Below are positions 11,510 through 22,038 of a stretch of 64,000 nucleotides of DNA, one piece after another; the stretch's first letter is position 1; every line of letters begins with the position of its first letter. The stretch lies in the NCBI GenBank assembly GCA_038321985.1, contig JBBQFN010000018.1, positions 1 to 64,000 on the forward strand, in the 5' to 3' direction. This DNA is from Cyanophyceae cyanobacterium (lineage in GTDB: Bacteria; Cyanobacteriota; Cyanobacteriia; Cyanobacteriales; Laspinemataceae). Made by a program: the position numbers and the translations under genes. Under the pieces are notes generated by a model, which was given only the letters and a program-made list of their open reading frames with translations, was not told the DNA's origin and did not search any database.

Positions 11510-11802
11510 GATTTTACCTCCTTTGCCCCCGTCTGCGGGAGGCATCCTCTTTATTCTGTTCAGTAGCTTGATTGCCAAATAAACAATCAGGGTCCCAGTT
11601 TTTACAATGCTATTAGCCTGTACAACGAATTCCATCATCCCCTCAGAGAGGCTTTTGGAAATTAGAAGCAAAAATTTGGTTCGTGATTCCCTTAAAATCT
11701 ACACTGGCATAATCGAAGACTTGGTGATAAACCGTAGGCATTGCCGTCCTCTACGGATGTCGCATTGACAAACGTAGAGGCAGGCAATGCTACGCCTGAA
11801 TT

Positions 11803-13110
11803 TTAAGCGATGGGGGTCCGGACGCGATGGCCGATGTCTCGGCGATAGTAGGACCCGTCGAAGTGGATTTGTTCAACCCCTTGATAGGCCCGCGCAAAGG
11901 CATCGTCAAAGTCTGTGCCGGTGGCGGTGACGCCGAGGACTCTTCCTCCGTTGGTGAGCACTTGTCCGTTTTGAAGTTCGGTTCCAGCATGGAAGGTGAC
12001 TGCACCGATCGCCTCTGCTTGCTCTAATCCAGTAATCACCTGGCCTTTTTTATAGTCGCCGGGATATCCTCCGGCGGCCATGACGACACAGGCAGAGGCT
12101 CCATTTTTCCAGCGCAGGGGAGGGAGTTCTGCTAGGGTTTGGTTGACGCAGGCGAGGAGAATTTCATCCAGGGGGGTTTCCAATAGAGGCAAAATAGCCT
12201 GGGTTTCCGGGTCCCCAAAACGGCAGTTAAATTCCAGCACTTTGATGCCGCCTTCGGGGGAAATCATCAGTCCGGCATAGAGGACGCCGCGATAGTCAAT
12301 GTTACGATCGCGCAAACTGGCGATCGCCGGTTCTAAGACCTCCCTGTGCACCCGTTCCATCATCTCCGGGGTGACTAAGGGGGCCGGTGCATAGACTCCC
12401 ATACCGCCCGTATTCGGCCCGGTATCCCCCTCTCCCACGGCTTTATGATCTTGGGCCGGAAGCAAGGGACGCACGGTTAATCCATCGGTAATGGCTAATA
12501 CGGAGGCTTCTTGACCGATCAAGCATTCTTCAATCACGATGCATTCACCAGAAAGGCCAAATTTGCCCCCAAAGGATTCGGCGATCGCAGTTTTGGCTTC
12601 TTCCACCGTTGCCGCCACGGTTACCCCTTTGCCTGCGGCTAACCCATCGGCTTTGACCACAATCGGCGCACCCTGTTCTTCCACATAAGCCAATGCCTGG
12701 GGGATTTCTTCATCGGTGAAAGTCTGCGATCGCGCTGTGGGAATTCCCACATCTTTCATAAACGCTTTCGCCCACGACTTACTCGCTTCAAGTTGAGCAC
12801 CGGATTGAGAAGGGCCAAATACGGGAATATTTTCTTGCTGTAAGTAGTCGGACATTCCCATCGCTAACGGCACTTCTGGGCCAATCACTACCAACCCAAT
12901 ATCGTTGGTTTTAACGGCCTCTTTGATACCATAAAAATCGGTTGCTGTCAACGATAAATTTTGGCAGTTTTCCAAAATTGCCGTGCCTCCATTTCCGGGC
13001 ACACAAAACACAGTTTCAACTGTGTTAGATTCCAACAGTTTCCAAGCAAGGGCGTGTTCGCGGCCCCCATTTCCCACAACTAAAACCTTCACAGTTCCCT
13101 CGTTTAGCAC
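11803..13110 (-). CDS. purD: Phosphoribosylamine--glycine ligase (likely start GTG 13092)
   Basis: GNGGREHAL, KADGLAAGKGV, GPNTGGMG, EFNCRFGDPETQ. Confidence 0.97.
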   Translation of the reverse strand: MLNEGTVKVLVVGNGGREHALAWKLLESNTVETVFCVPGNGGTAILENCQNLSLTATDFYGIKEAVKTNDIGLVVIGPEVPLAMGMSDYLQQENIPVFGPSQSGAQLEASKSWAKAFMKDVGIPTARSQTFTDEEIPQALAYVEEQGAPIVVKADGLAAGKGVTVAATVEEAKTAIAESFGGKFGLSGECIVIEECLIGQEASVLAITDGLTVRPLLPAQDHKAVGEGDTGPNTGGMGVYAPAPLVTPEMMERVHREVLEPAIASLRDRNIDYRGVLYAGLMISPEGGIKVLEFNCRFGDPETQAILPLLETPLDEILLACVNQTLAELPPLRWKNGASACVVMAAGGYPGDYKKGQVITGLEQAEAIGAVTFHAGTELQNGQVLTNGGRVLGVTATGTDFDDAFARAYQGVEQIHFDGSYYRRDIGHRVRTPIA

Positions 13111-13227
13111 TTAACTTTATCTCTGAGTCGGCCATGATGGTGACCCAACCGATTTTATGCTAGAACGGGATAGCTTCTTTAGCCTGGATTCTGTTAATTT
13201 CTCTTCAATTGTACCTATCGCGAATTT

Positions 13228-14178
13228 ATGACGACAAGTATTGTAACTGGTGTTGGGGGTTTCGTTGGCTCTCATTTAGCTGAGGCGTTGCTCGATCGCG
13301 GGGAACGAGTGATTGGCATTGATCAATTCAATGATTACTACGATCCGCGCCTAAAACGCCAGAATATTGCCTCGTTTTCAACCCATCCCGCCTTTCAATT
13401 GATTGAAGCGGATATCCAGTCGTTAGAGTGGCGATCGCTCCTTATGGATGTAAATTTCATCTACCATCAAGCGGCCCAAGCGGGGGTTCGCGCCAGTTGG
13501 GGAGAGGGTTTTCGCGCTTACACTGAACGGAATCTCAATGCCACCCAGGTGATGCTAGAAGGGGCTAAGGATGCGCCTCAACTCCAGCGATTTGTATTCG
13601 CCTCCTCTTCTTCTGTGTATGGAAATGCGGAAACTATGCCCACGAGTGAAGCAATTTGCCCTTCTCCGGTATCTCCTTATGGAATTACCAAGTTGGCAGC
13701 GGAACAATTATCGGTGTTATATTACCGCAATTTTGGAGTGCCAGTGGTGGGGTTACGTTATTTTACGGTATATGGCCCTCGTCAGCGTCCGGATATGGCA
13801 TTTCACAAGTTTTTCAAAGCGGCTTTGGTTGACGAGGCGATCGCGATTTATGGGGATGGACAGCAAACCCGAGATTTTACTTATGTTAGTGATGCGATCG
13901 CTGCTAATTTAGCCTCGGCGATCGCCCCAGAAGCAACGGGGGAAGTCTTTAATATTGGCGGGGGTTCGCGGGTATCTCTAGCTTATGTGATTGATACCAT
14001 TGAAGAGGTGATCGGACATCCCATTAAACGCCACTATGTCGATTCTGCGATCGGGGATGCACGTCATACCAGTGCGGATGTTTCTAAGGCACAGCGTCTC
14101 ATCGGATATCAGCCGCAAGTGTCTCTCCAAGAGGGACTAACTCAAGAATGGGAGTGGATTCAATCCCTGTATCAGTAA
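13228..14178 (+). CDS. NAD-dependent nucleotide-sugar epimerase/dehydratase
   Basis: TGVGGFVGS, ASSSSVYG, YGITK, RYFTVYGPRQRPDMA. Confidence 0.92.
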   Translation: MTTSIVTGVGGFVGSHLAEALLDRGERVIGIDQFNDYYDPRLKRQNIASFSTHPAFQLIEADIQSLEWRSLLMDVNFIYHQAAQAGVRASWGEGFRAYTERNLNATQVMLEGAKDAPQLQRFVFASSSSVYGNAETMPTSEAICPSPVSPYGITKLAAEQLSVLYYRNFGVPVVGLRYFTVYGPRQRPDMAFHKFFKAALVDEAIAIYGDGQQTRDFTYVSDAIAANLASAIAPEATGEVFNIGGGSRVSLAYVIDTIEEVIGHPIKRHYVDSAIGDARHTSADVSKAQRLIGYQPQVSLQEGLTQEWEWIQSLYQ

Positions 14179-14193
14179 AGGATTAAATCTCCA

Positions 14194-14251
14194 GACTTCA
14201 GTCGTTACTACGAACATTGGAAAGAGAACGACTGAAGTCGTTACTACGAAC
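14194..14251. repeat. REP-like repeat pair (…AGTCGTTACTACGAAC family)
   Basis: gacttcagtcgttactacgaac (14194-14215) and aacgactgaagtcgttactacgaac (14227-14251); same family as 60271-60338. Confidence 0.7.
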
Positions 14252-14253
14252 TT

Positions 14254-15693
14254 TTACATTTCCGTCAGGGCTTTTTGTTGTTGATATAAGGCTTTAAACC
14301 GACGCTGTTGCTCATTATGATTGACAATAGGCGCAGGATATCCACAGGCTTTCCGTTCCAATGGGAGAATTTTCCCAGAAATTAAAGCCTCTGTTTCCAT
14401 CGATCGCAATTCGGATACCCACTCCCGAATATAGTCTCCTTCGGGGTCGAATTTCTGGGTTTGGGTGGTGGGATTGAAAATTCGCAGGGGTTTGGGGTCC
14501 ATGCCACTAGAGGCACTCCATTGCCAGCCGCCGTTATTAGCAGCAAGGTCCCCGTCATATAATTTCTGCATGAAATATTGTTCTCCCCACTGCCAATTAA
14601 TAATCAAATCTTTGGTGAGAAAGCTGGCGACAATCATCCGGCAACGGTTGTGCATCCAGCCGGTTTCATTCATTTGTCGCATGGCAGCATCAATGATGGG
14701 ATAGCCGGTGCGCCCTTCACACCAGGCTTGAAATAGTTCTTCGTTATTCTCCCACGGAAAATCTTTCCAGGCTTCTCGGTAAGGTCCTGTGGCAAGTTCA
14801 GGAAAGTGATAAAGGGCGTGTTGATAAAATTCTCGCCATGCCAGTTCTTGTTGCCAAGTTTGTACTCCTTTGCGGGTTTCATCGCTACGGCATTGTTCAG
14901 CAGCGCGAAGGGTGGCATTCCAAACGGTGCGGATACCAACGGCACCAAATTTGAGGGCGGCACTTAATAGAGAGGTTCCAGGAACTGCGGGGAAATTCCG
15001 TTGTTCGTCATAGTCGTAAATGGTGCGATCGCTAAATTGTTCGAGTTGCGATCGCGCGGCAGTTTCTCCCGGTTCTAGCATCAGGGGATTATCCCAAATT
15101 AATCCTAAATCTTTGAGCGTCGGTAAGGCGATTGCACCGGCATTTTGGGCGCGTTGTTTTTCTTCTTCGCTAAGGGCAATTGCATTTTCTAAGCTATCTG
15201 CGGGTTCTGCTTTAGGTTGGCGAATCCAATTTTTCCAAAATGGAGTATAAACGGTGTAAGGATTCCCGGTATTACTACAAATTTCAGCGGGAAAATGCAA
15301 AAGTTGATCCCAAAAGGTTTCGACGGGAATCCCCTGTTCTTTGAGTGCTTCTCGTACTGCCTGATCCCGTTCCAGGGAATAGGGTTCTATATCTAAGTTC
15401 CAATAAACAAATTTGGCTGACAAGGCACTTGCTAAAGTGGCGATCGCCCGAGTCGGTTCATCAAAGAGGATTACCAATTGACTTCCCACTTTGGCGTAGT
15501 TTTCCTGAAGTTCAGCCAAACAACCGAGCATATATTTGACCCGCGCTGGGGCAATATCTGCACCGCTTAAAATATTGGGGTCTAGGCAAAATACTCCCAC
15601 AATTTTTCTGCTTTTTTCAAAGGCAGTCGCTAATCCGATATTATCGGTTATTCTTAAATCACGGCGATGCCAAAATAGAATCAAATCGGACAT
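14254..15693 (-). CDS. phrA: Deoxyribodipyrimidine photolyase (class I CPD)
   Basis: [44 protein letters not shown]. Confidence 0.93.
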   Translation of the reverse strand: MSDLILFWHRRDLRITDNIGLATAFEKSRKIVGVFCLDPNILSGADIAPARVKYMLGCLAELQENYAKVGSQLVILFDEPTRAIATLASALSAKFVYWNLDIEPYSLERDQAVREALKEQGIPVETFWDQLLHFPAEICSNTGNPYTVYTPFWKNWIRQPKAEPADSLENAIALSEEEKQRAQNAGAIALPTLKDLGLIWDNPLMLEPGETAARSQLEQFSDRTIYDYDEQRNFPAVPGTSLLSAALKFGAVGIRTVWNATLRAAEQCRSDETRKGVQTWQQELAWREFYQHALYHFPELATGPYREAWKDFPWENNEELFQAWCEGRTGYPIIDAAMRQMNETGWMHNRCRMIVASFLTKDLIINWQWGEQYFMQKLYDGDLAANNGGWQWSASSGMDPKPLRIFNPTTQTQKFDPEGDYIREWVSELRSMETEALISGKILPLERKACGYPAPIVNHNEQQRRFKALYQQQKALTEM

Positions 15694-15732
15694 GATTATT
15701 CCTTGTTTTTATACCTTACTATAACTTTGGGG

Positions 15733-16572
15733 TTAAGTTGCTTTTAAGCTCATTAATTTTTGGTCTAATTGAATGATATAATCTTTTCCATAGGTCTGAT
15801 TTTCTAAGGTGTTGAGGAGGATTTTGGGAAGGTCCTGAGTGATTTGAACACTACAGGAGGCAGCGGCAAGGGCGATCGCAGCGACGGTATCTACATCTCC
15901 AGTAAAGGCGATACAATCTTGCAGCAGTCCACTCATGGAATTATTCCGGGCGATCGCAGTAAGGGCGGCTTTTACACAAATCCACCCGGTTGTTTTGACG
16001 GGTCCTTCCCAGGGTTGGGACCAGTGATAACCGGGAACATACGTTTCAATAAATTCACCCAAATTGAGCTTAGACCCCAGATTATAAATAAAATAATGGG
16101 ACATTAAAGCCGCGGCACAAGCAGCATTAATCCCATCGGGGGTATTATGAGTAATTGCCGCTTGCAAGGTGGTTGCTTCAATCACGGCTTCTGGCGTCGC
16201 TAATACTCCAATGGGTGCGGCACGCATGGCGGCACCACTTTTATCGCTACTGGGGTTAATGTTAGCTAAAAAATCCGCTCCGTCTTGGACTTGTAGTAAA
16301 AATTCATAAAATTTGTGGGCATATCCTTCCCTAGGGTCTCGTTTAAATGCGGTAACGAAGCGATTGGCAACTACCAGGGCTGTCCAGGGTTCTCCAGATA
16401 CTAAAGTTTCCGCGATCGCCAAGCTCATTTGCGTGTCATCGGTGTAACATCCAGGACGAATTTGAGGCCGAGGATGTTGGACATACTGAGTTAAATTATT
16501 CTCCGGAATCATCTCATCGGCATATTCAAACCCTGCCCCGTAAGCATCAGCAATTGCTAATTCTAAGAGCAT
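15733..16572 (-). CDS. ADP-ribosylglycohydrolase (DraG/ARH family)
   Basis: ADAYGAGFE, YTDDTQM, GAAMRAAP, ITH, GDVDT motifs. Confidence 0.9.
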   Translation of the reverse strand: MLLELAIADAYGAGFEYADEMIPENNLTQYVQHPRPQIRPGCYTDDTQMSLAIAETLVSGEPWTALVVANRFVTAFKRDPREGYAHKFYEFLLQVQDGADFLANINPSSDKSGAAMRAAPIGVLATPEAVIEATTLQAAITHNTPDGINAACAAALMSHYFIYNLGSKLNLGEFIETYVPGYHWSQPWEGPVKTTGWICVKAALTAIARNNSMSGLLQDCIAFTGDVDTVAAIALAAASCSVQITQDLPKILLNTLENQTYGKDYIIQLDQKLMSLKAT

Positions 16573-16617
16573 TTTTCTCCCCTTTTTAACCTCGGGATGG
16601 ACATTCGGATGCTTTTT

Positions 16618-17169
16618 TTAAAAATTTAACAGCCGTTGCGCCAGAAAAAAGCTAGAAATTGATTTAGAATCGACTACTTCCCCATTTAAAATTGCCAGTT
16701 CAAAGTCGTGAGGCGTCATTAAAACGGTTTGGATATCTTCATCATCATCCAATTGTTGCGGCGTGGTTAATTTTTCTAAATCTTGGGCTAAAAAAGCATA
16801 AATGACTTCATCAGAATACCCGGGTGCAAGGAAAAACTGCCCTAATTTTTGCCATTGATGAGCACGGTATCCGGTTTCTTCTTCAATTTCCCGCTGGATA
16901 GTTTGCAGGGGTTCTTCATCATGCTCAACGGTTCCAGCCGGAAATTCTAATAGTCTTCCTTGGATGGCAAATCGATATTGTTCGACTAATACGAGTCGTC
17001 CATCTGCGGTGACGGGGATGCAGAGTGCGCCGCCGGGGTGTCGAATGCATTCCCATTCGCCTTCGGCACCATTGGGAAGGCGTAAACGGTTGACATCAAA
17101 GCCAAATTTTCGACCGGAATAGGAGAGACGATGTTTGATCAGGGTGGGGGGTTCTTGACCGAATACCAT
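16618..17169 (-). CDS. NUDIX hydrolase (ADP-ribose pyrophosphatase-like)
   Basis: Nudix box EFPAG...REIEEETGY and HPGG. Confidence 0.9.
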   Translation of the reverse strand: MVFGQEPPTLIKHRLSYSGRKFGFDVNRLRLPNGAEGEWECIRHPGGALCIPVTADGRLVLVEQYRFAIQGRLLEFPAGTVEHDEEPLQTIQREIEEETGYRAHQWQKLGQFFLAPGYSDEVIYAFLAQDLEKLTTPQQLDDDEDIQTVLMTPHDFELAILNGEVVDSKSISSFFLAQRLLNF

Positions 17170-17347
17170 AGTTATTTAAAACGGCGATCGCTGAATGTGC
17201 AGATGAACGATGGAACAGAGGAATTCAATACAATTCCCCAGCAACTTAAAACGGACTTCATCCAACCCTGACGGTGCGTTTAGCTACAGCCGTAACGCAC
17301 CAGCTTTTAGGGGAGATTCCTACTCCTTAATTTAGGGTAGTTAAAGG

Positions 17348-17548
17348 TTAATCCTCCTTTACCTCAAAGCCAACTGCTGTAATTGCTTGTTTAAAGGATG
17401 ATTCGGAAGCTGCGGAATCAAGAGTAACAGTTTTGTTATCTAAATCAATATCTACTTTAGCCTCGGAGTCAACGGTTTTAATCGCCCCGGTCACTTTTTC
17501 AGCACAGCTTTCACAAACCATTGTGGGAACTTTCAGTTTGAGTGACAT
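17348..17548 (-). CDS. Heavy-metal-associated (HMA) chaperone, CopZ/Atx1-like
   Basis: MVCESC metal motif, 66 aa, gagg SD. Confidence 0.85.
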   Translation of the reverse strand: MSLKLKVPTMVCESCAEKVTGAIKTVDSEAKVDIDLDNKTVTLDSAASESSFKQAITAVGFEVKED

Positions 17549-17607
17549 TTTTAAACCTCGTTTACTTTACTGCTTCATATGGTGACGGGAAATGCTTGAT
17601 TTTGTTA

Positions 17608-17623
17608 TCTCCCCTCTGGCAGA
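17608..17623 (-). promoter_or_regulatory. 7-2-7 palindromic box upstream of the HMA gene
   Basis: Minus strand TCTGCCA-GA-GGGGAGA, 23 nt, then CACCAT; same geometry as the boxes at 49.7-50.5 kb. Confidence 0.45.
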
Positions 17624-17670
17624 TTTTTAGGAGTTAACTCCTGATCCCATCCATTTATATAATGGATTGG

Positions 17671-18246
17671 TCAATTGTACAAGGTTTGCACGCCGCTAAT
17701 GTCTATTTGTTGCAGAAGTTGACTGATCGCCTCTCCCGAGACCGGATCCACCCAATCCGGGGCGATTTCCGCCAAAGGCACTAAGACAAAGGCTCTCTCT
17801 CTCATTCGGGGGTGTGGCACTTGCAGGTTTGGAGTGGCAACGATCGCATCTTCGTAAAAGAGTAAATCTAGGTCCAGGGTTCTAGGTCCCCAGCGTTCCC
17901 AGCGCATCCGTCCGAATTTGTTTTCAATTGCTAATAAACTCTCTAATAATTGGTGCGGGGTGAGTTGGACTTGCACTAAAGCACAGCCATTGAGATAATC
18001 GGGTTGGGGAGGTCCTATCGGTGCGGTTTGATACCAATGCGAAGTCTGTTTTACTGATATCCCTGGGGTGGCATCTAAATAGGCGATCGCGGCTTCCAAA
18101 ATCCTGGGGGAGTCACCCAGATTACTCCCCAATGCAACTGCTGCAATCACGGATGTCATGGTTTGGGGAGATGCGGGAGAGTCGGCATGAACAAACTGTT
18201 CCCGAGTTTTAAACATTTCCACGGTTATTTTACCTGCTAAATCCAT
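17671..18246 (-). CDS. folK: 2-amino-4-hydroxy-6-hydroxymethyldihydropteridine diphosphokinase (true start may be downstream)
   Basis: ALGSNLG, QPDYLN, RWGPRTLDLDLL, PHPRMRERAFVL. Confidence 0.95.
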   Translation of the reverse strand: MDLAGKITVEMFKTREQFVHADSPASPQTMTSVIAAVALGSNLGDSPRILEAAIAYLDATPGISVKQTSHWYQTAPIGPPQPDYLNGCALVQVQLTPHQLLESLLAIENKFGRMRWERWGPRTLDLDLLFYEDAIVATPNLQVPHPRMRERAFVLVPLAEIAPDWVDPVSGEAISQLLQQIDISGVQTLYN

Positions 18247-18713
18247 CCAAATTACTGCTCAAACCCATAAATACCATTTACTTGATTCGCTTAAAATTTT
18301 TACTTACAAATCATTTATTTTTAGTTTTTAATTTTATATTTTTAGACTTATAGCAAATTGCACTTAATTCACTTTTTAAAATTTAGAAATATAATGTTAC
18401 TTGTTATTACTTTTTTATCTCGAATAAAAGTGGAGCTGAAGGGAAAGTATCTAGAATTGATTTCAATAAATTTAAATAAATCGCTTAAATTAAGAGAATT
18501 TATTTAGGTTTAATCCATAAAAAATGGCGGAGTTCCGGTCAATCGATTTAAGAGTGGAGGCGTTAAAGTGGTAAGAAAAAGGGGACAAGTTGGGTCCCTC
18601 AAAGGGAAAATCAAACGGTTAACGTCAAAGAAGTCCAGTAATTATGTTATCAATCCTAGGGAGCGAAGTTTAAAATCTAGCCCCTAAAATAGTATCAGTT
18701 CCATTACCCCACT

Positions 18714-20747
18714 ATGCAACCGCCGCTAATCTGCCACTTTTTGATTGGGATCCCTGGTTGTGGCAAATCTAGCTTTGCCACAATGCTGACAAGACTTACA
18801 GAGGGACGGATCGTATCGACGGATGGGATCCGTAAAGTCCTCTATGGGGATGAACAGATCCAGGGAAGCTGGGACGAGATCGAACAAGAGGCGATCGCTC
18901 AGATTCAAGCTGCGATCGCCGCAGGAGAAAGCGCGATTTATGATGCCACCAATGCTAAACGGGGATGGCGGATGGGTTTGCTGCTGAAATTGCGGCAGAT
19001 GAATGTCTCCTGGATGGGGTGGCAGTTGGTGACGCCATTGGCAACCTGCAAACGGTGGAATCAAACCCGCAGTCGCCAGGTGCCAGAGGGGGTCCTAGAG
19101 TCGATGTGGCGATCGCTGGATCAGTTTCCTCCCCTTGTAGCAGAAGGGTTTACGGCACTGTATCGAGTCAACCCTGAACGAGGTTTTGAGGAGGAAGAGA
19201 TCCACCGGAAAATCCAACGTCTGTGCGATCGTCAACGGGAAAAACCCAAGCACTTGCTTTCTCAAGCGGCTTATCATCAATATTCGAGGTTGCAGGATTT
19301 TGAGCGCCTCATGCATTTAATTTCCCTGATTTTGCGCTATCCGGGAATCGGAAACTTACAAGTCACCGCGCCGGAAGTTTTAGAAACTCTATTGGATCCC
19401 CTGCCAGAGTTTACCAGCGCTGTCGGGGAAGTCAGCGCCGTTATGGGAAAATTAGCCGGAGAACTCTATAGTGACTCTGTTGCCTTGGCATCGGATCTGC
19501 AATGGTTGGAAGCCAATCATCTCATTGGAACAGGGGGGTTTAATAAGGGCAATTATCCAGAAATTGAAGTCCAACCTCTGGATCATTTGACACTTTCACC
19601 CCATGCTTATTCGCTGATCGCACCGTTTAAACGCGTCCTAGAAACCGTTCGTTTTTTGATCTATCACCCGATTTTTCGAGAACCGGGACCCGCTAATTTT
19701 CAGGGATTGGCGATCGCACTTCAGCAAAACGGCATTCTTTCTGAGCGGGGAGCCAATCCACTTAAAAAAGATATTGATCGCGTGCTCAAACCTTATAAAA
19801 TTTTATCAGATTTGCCATTGAAACCCGGTTATTTTGCAGGAACAGCAATTTTTTCACCTACTGAGTTAAAGCATATTTATTGGCTATTGGAATCTCAGGA
19901 GTGCTACGCCGAAGACCCCCTCGCCCTCTCCATTTCCCAGCAACTAAAAGACCGAATGGCACTCACTGGGTTCAAAAGTCCTGATGCCTATCCCATTCGG
20001 GAAATCGCCCATTATAGCGCCAGGGATTTTCCCTTTATTCCTCGGATAGAGGAGGCGATCGCCCGAGGAAACCTACTGGAGTTTACCCGAATTCCCGGAT
20101 TTAAAGATTTATCAAAAAATACCGAAAATTTCTTTTTAGCATGGCCGTTAAAAATTATATTTTATTGGGGGTCATGGTATATAGGCTATGAATGCGAAGG
20201 GGGAAAAGAACCGGGATTATTTCGCTTGGAACGATTGGATCGATTGCGGGTGAATCAAGAACTGGAAATCTGCCGAAGCACAGACGTTCAAGAAAAATCG
20301 GGGCGACAGTTAGAAACCCTTTATCAAGAAAGTGCCGGAATATTCTTAGGAACCAGTACCTCTCAACAGCGTCGGTTACTGAGTGCTAATCCTGAAGACC
20401 GAAAACAAGTTGAATTAATGGTGGAATTATGGTTTACAGATAAATCGTTCCGGTTTATCCGAGAAGAAACCAAGCATTTACCCACCCATAAATTGACTAT
20501 TTCCGAGCCATTTTTCACGCAACCTGAAGATAAAATTTCCAGCATCTACTTAACTCCTTCCCCCGACCCTGAATTTCCAAATCGGCTGCAAATTAAGATT
20601 CCCAAGTGGTCATTAAATGATGTAATTTTCTTGCGGTGGCTTGTGGGATTTGACGGCAATCTTAAGATTCATAATCCGCCGGAATTAGTCAAAAAAATTA
20701 AAAAACTGGCTCAGGAAATTGTGGGGGTTTATCACCGCAAATTGTAA
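18714..20747 (+). CDS. AAA_33/polynucleotide-kinase-like P-loop fused to a C-terminal WYL domain
   Basis: GIPGCGKS Walker A, YDATN; WYL-like WPLKIIFYWGSWYIGYE...FRLERLDRL. Confidence 0.8.
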   Translation: MQPPLICHFLIGIPGCGKSSFATMLTRLTEGRIVSTDGIRKVLYGDEQIQGSWDEIEQEAIAQIQAAIAAGESAIYDATNAKRGWRMGLLLKLRQMNVSWMGWQLVTPLATCKRWNQTRSRQVPEGVLESMWRSLDQFPPLVAEGFTALYRVNPERGFEEEEIHRKIQRLCDRQREKPKHLLSQAAYHQYSRLQDFERLMHLISLILRYPGIGNLQVTAPEVLETLLDPLPEFTSAVGEVSAVMGKLAGELYSDSVALASDLQWLEANHLIGTGGFNKGNYPEIEVQPLDHLTLSPHAYSLIAPFKRVLETVRFLIYHPIFREPGPANFQGLAIALQQNGILSERGANPLKKDIDRVLKPYKILSDLPLKPGYFAGTAIFSPTELKHIYWLLESQECYAEDPLALSISQQLKDRMALTGFKSPDAYPIREIAHYSARDFPFIPRIEEAIARGNLLEFTRIPGFKDLSKNTENFFLAWPLKIIFYWGSWYIGYECEGGKEPGLFRLERLDRLRVNQELEICRSTDVQEKSGRQLETLYQESAGIFLGTSTSQQRRLLSANPEDRKQVELMVELWFTDKSFRFIREETKHLPTHKLTISEPFFTQPEDKISSIYLTPSPDPEFPNRLQIKIPKWSLNDVIFLRWLVGFDGNLKIHNPPELVKKIKKLAQEIVGVYHRKL

Positions 20748-20760
20748 GTAGCAGTTGCCT

Positions 20761-21786
20761 CTATTCTGGAACTTGTGCCAAGGCAACGCGAATCAGATCC
20801 GATCCGGCATCGGGACGATGAGCATTTTCGCTAATGTGTCGTTTCCAAGCACGACTTCCCGGCTGTCCCGTGAACAGTTGTAGAATATGGCGGCTAATTT
20901 GAGTTAGATTCGACCCGTTAGCTAACCAGTAGTCAATATAAGACAACATTGCTTCTACCACTTGATGACGGGAAAGAGGAGGAATTTCTTCCCCAAAAAT
21001 ATCGCGATCGCAGGTAGCAAACAAATAGGGATTATCGTAGGCAGCACGTCCAATCATTACTGCATCAACCTGCTGGAGATGTTCCCTTACCTGTTCCATG
21101 GTGGTAATCCCGCCATTGATTTCAATCCATAACTCAGGAAACTCGCGTTTCAACTGATAGACATCTTCATATCGTAAGGGCGGAATCGTGCGGTTTTCCT
21201 TTGGATTCAAACCGGAAAGCCATGCTTTGCGAGCGTGCACGGTAAACCGACGACATCCGGATTCGGAGATAATTTTAACAAATTCTCTCATATCTTCATA
21301 GCGATCTCGCTCATCAATTCCGATGCGATGTTTTACCGTTACTGGCAACTTTGTCACCCGTTGCATCGCCTCTATTCCCCGGGCAACTCGCTCGGGTTGT
21401 GCCATTAAACAAGCCCCAAAATTACCATTTTGAACGCGACTGCTGGGACATCCCACGTTCAAATTAATTTCGTCATAACCGAAGTCTTCAGCAATGCGAG
21501 TACATTCGGCCAGTTCCTGGGGATTATCACCGCCAAGTTGGAGCGCGAGGGGTTTTTCTGGGGGGGAAAATCCTAACAATTTTTGACGATCGCCATGTAT
21601 GATCGCCCCTGTTGTAATCATTTCCGTATAGAGTAAGGTGCGCTTAGTAATCAGGCGCATAAAATAGCGATAATGGCGATCAGTCCGATCCATCATCGGT
21701 GCCACACTCAACGGCAAACCTGTTTCCGGATGCCTAGATGGGTACTCCTCAACTGGGGAAAAAACCTGGGTACTGATAGGGTTCAT
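20761..21786 (-). CDS. dusA: tRNA-dihydrouridine synthase A
   Basis: SVAPMMDRTDRH, NLNVGCPS, VKHRIGID, HARKAWL. Confidence 0.93.
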   Translation of the reverse strand: MNPISTQVFSPVEEYPSRHPETGLPLSVAPMMDRTDRHYRYFMRLITKRTLLYTEMITTGAIIHGDRQKLLGFSPPEKPLALQLGGDNPQELAECTRIAEDFGYDEINLNVGCPSSRVQNGNFGACLMAQPERVARGIEAMQRVTKLPVTVKHRIGIDERDRYEDMREFVKIISESGCRRFTVHARKAWLSGLNPKENRTIPPLRYEDVYQLKREFPELWIEINGGITTMEQVREHLQQVDAVMIGRAAYDNPYLFATCDRDIFGEEIPPLSRHQVVEAMLSYIDYWLANGSNLTQISRHILQLFTGQPGSRAWKRHISENAHRPDAGSDLIRVALAQVPE

Positions 21787-22038
21787 GATTTCGGCGATCG
21801 CAGCAAGTGGATAGAATGAGGAATTAGCACGTCCTTCGGTTCAAATCAGGTCACCTGTTTTAAACGTCAGGGTTTAATTTTAAAACATGAATTTATCTCG
21901 TTTTCTATTATAACATAAATCTCCCCAACACGACTTTTAAATTAGGGAAATTTGGGAACATTAGCCAGAAGCTCGCTCCCTACTATACTCTTGTCAGGAA
22001 TCTGGCGATATCCGAAATTTAAACTTTATTAATTAGAG

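Noticed and set aside
11510..11671. N-terminal extension of the 101-aa track ORF
   Set aside because: TTG start without SD; the strong SD points to ATG 11509
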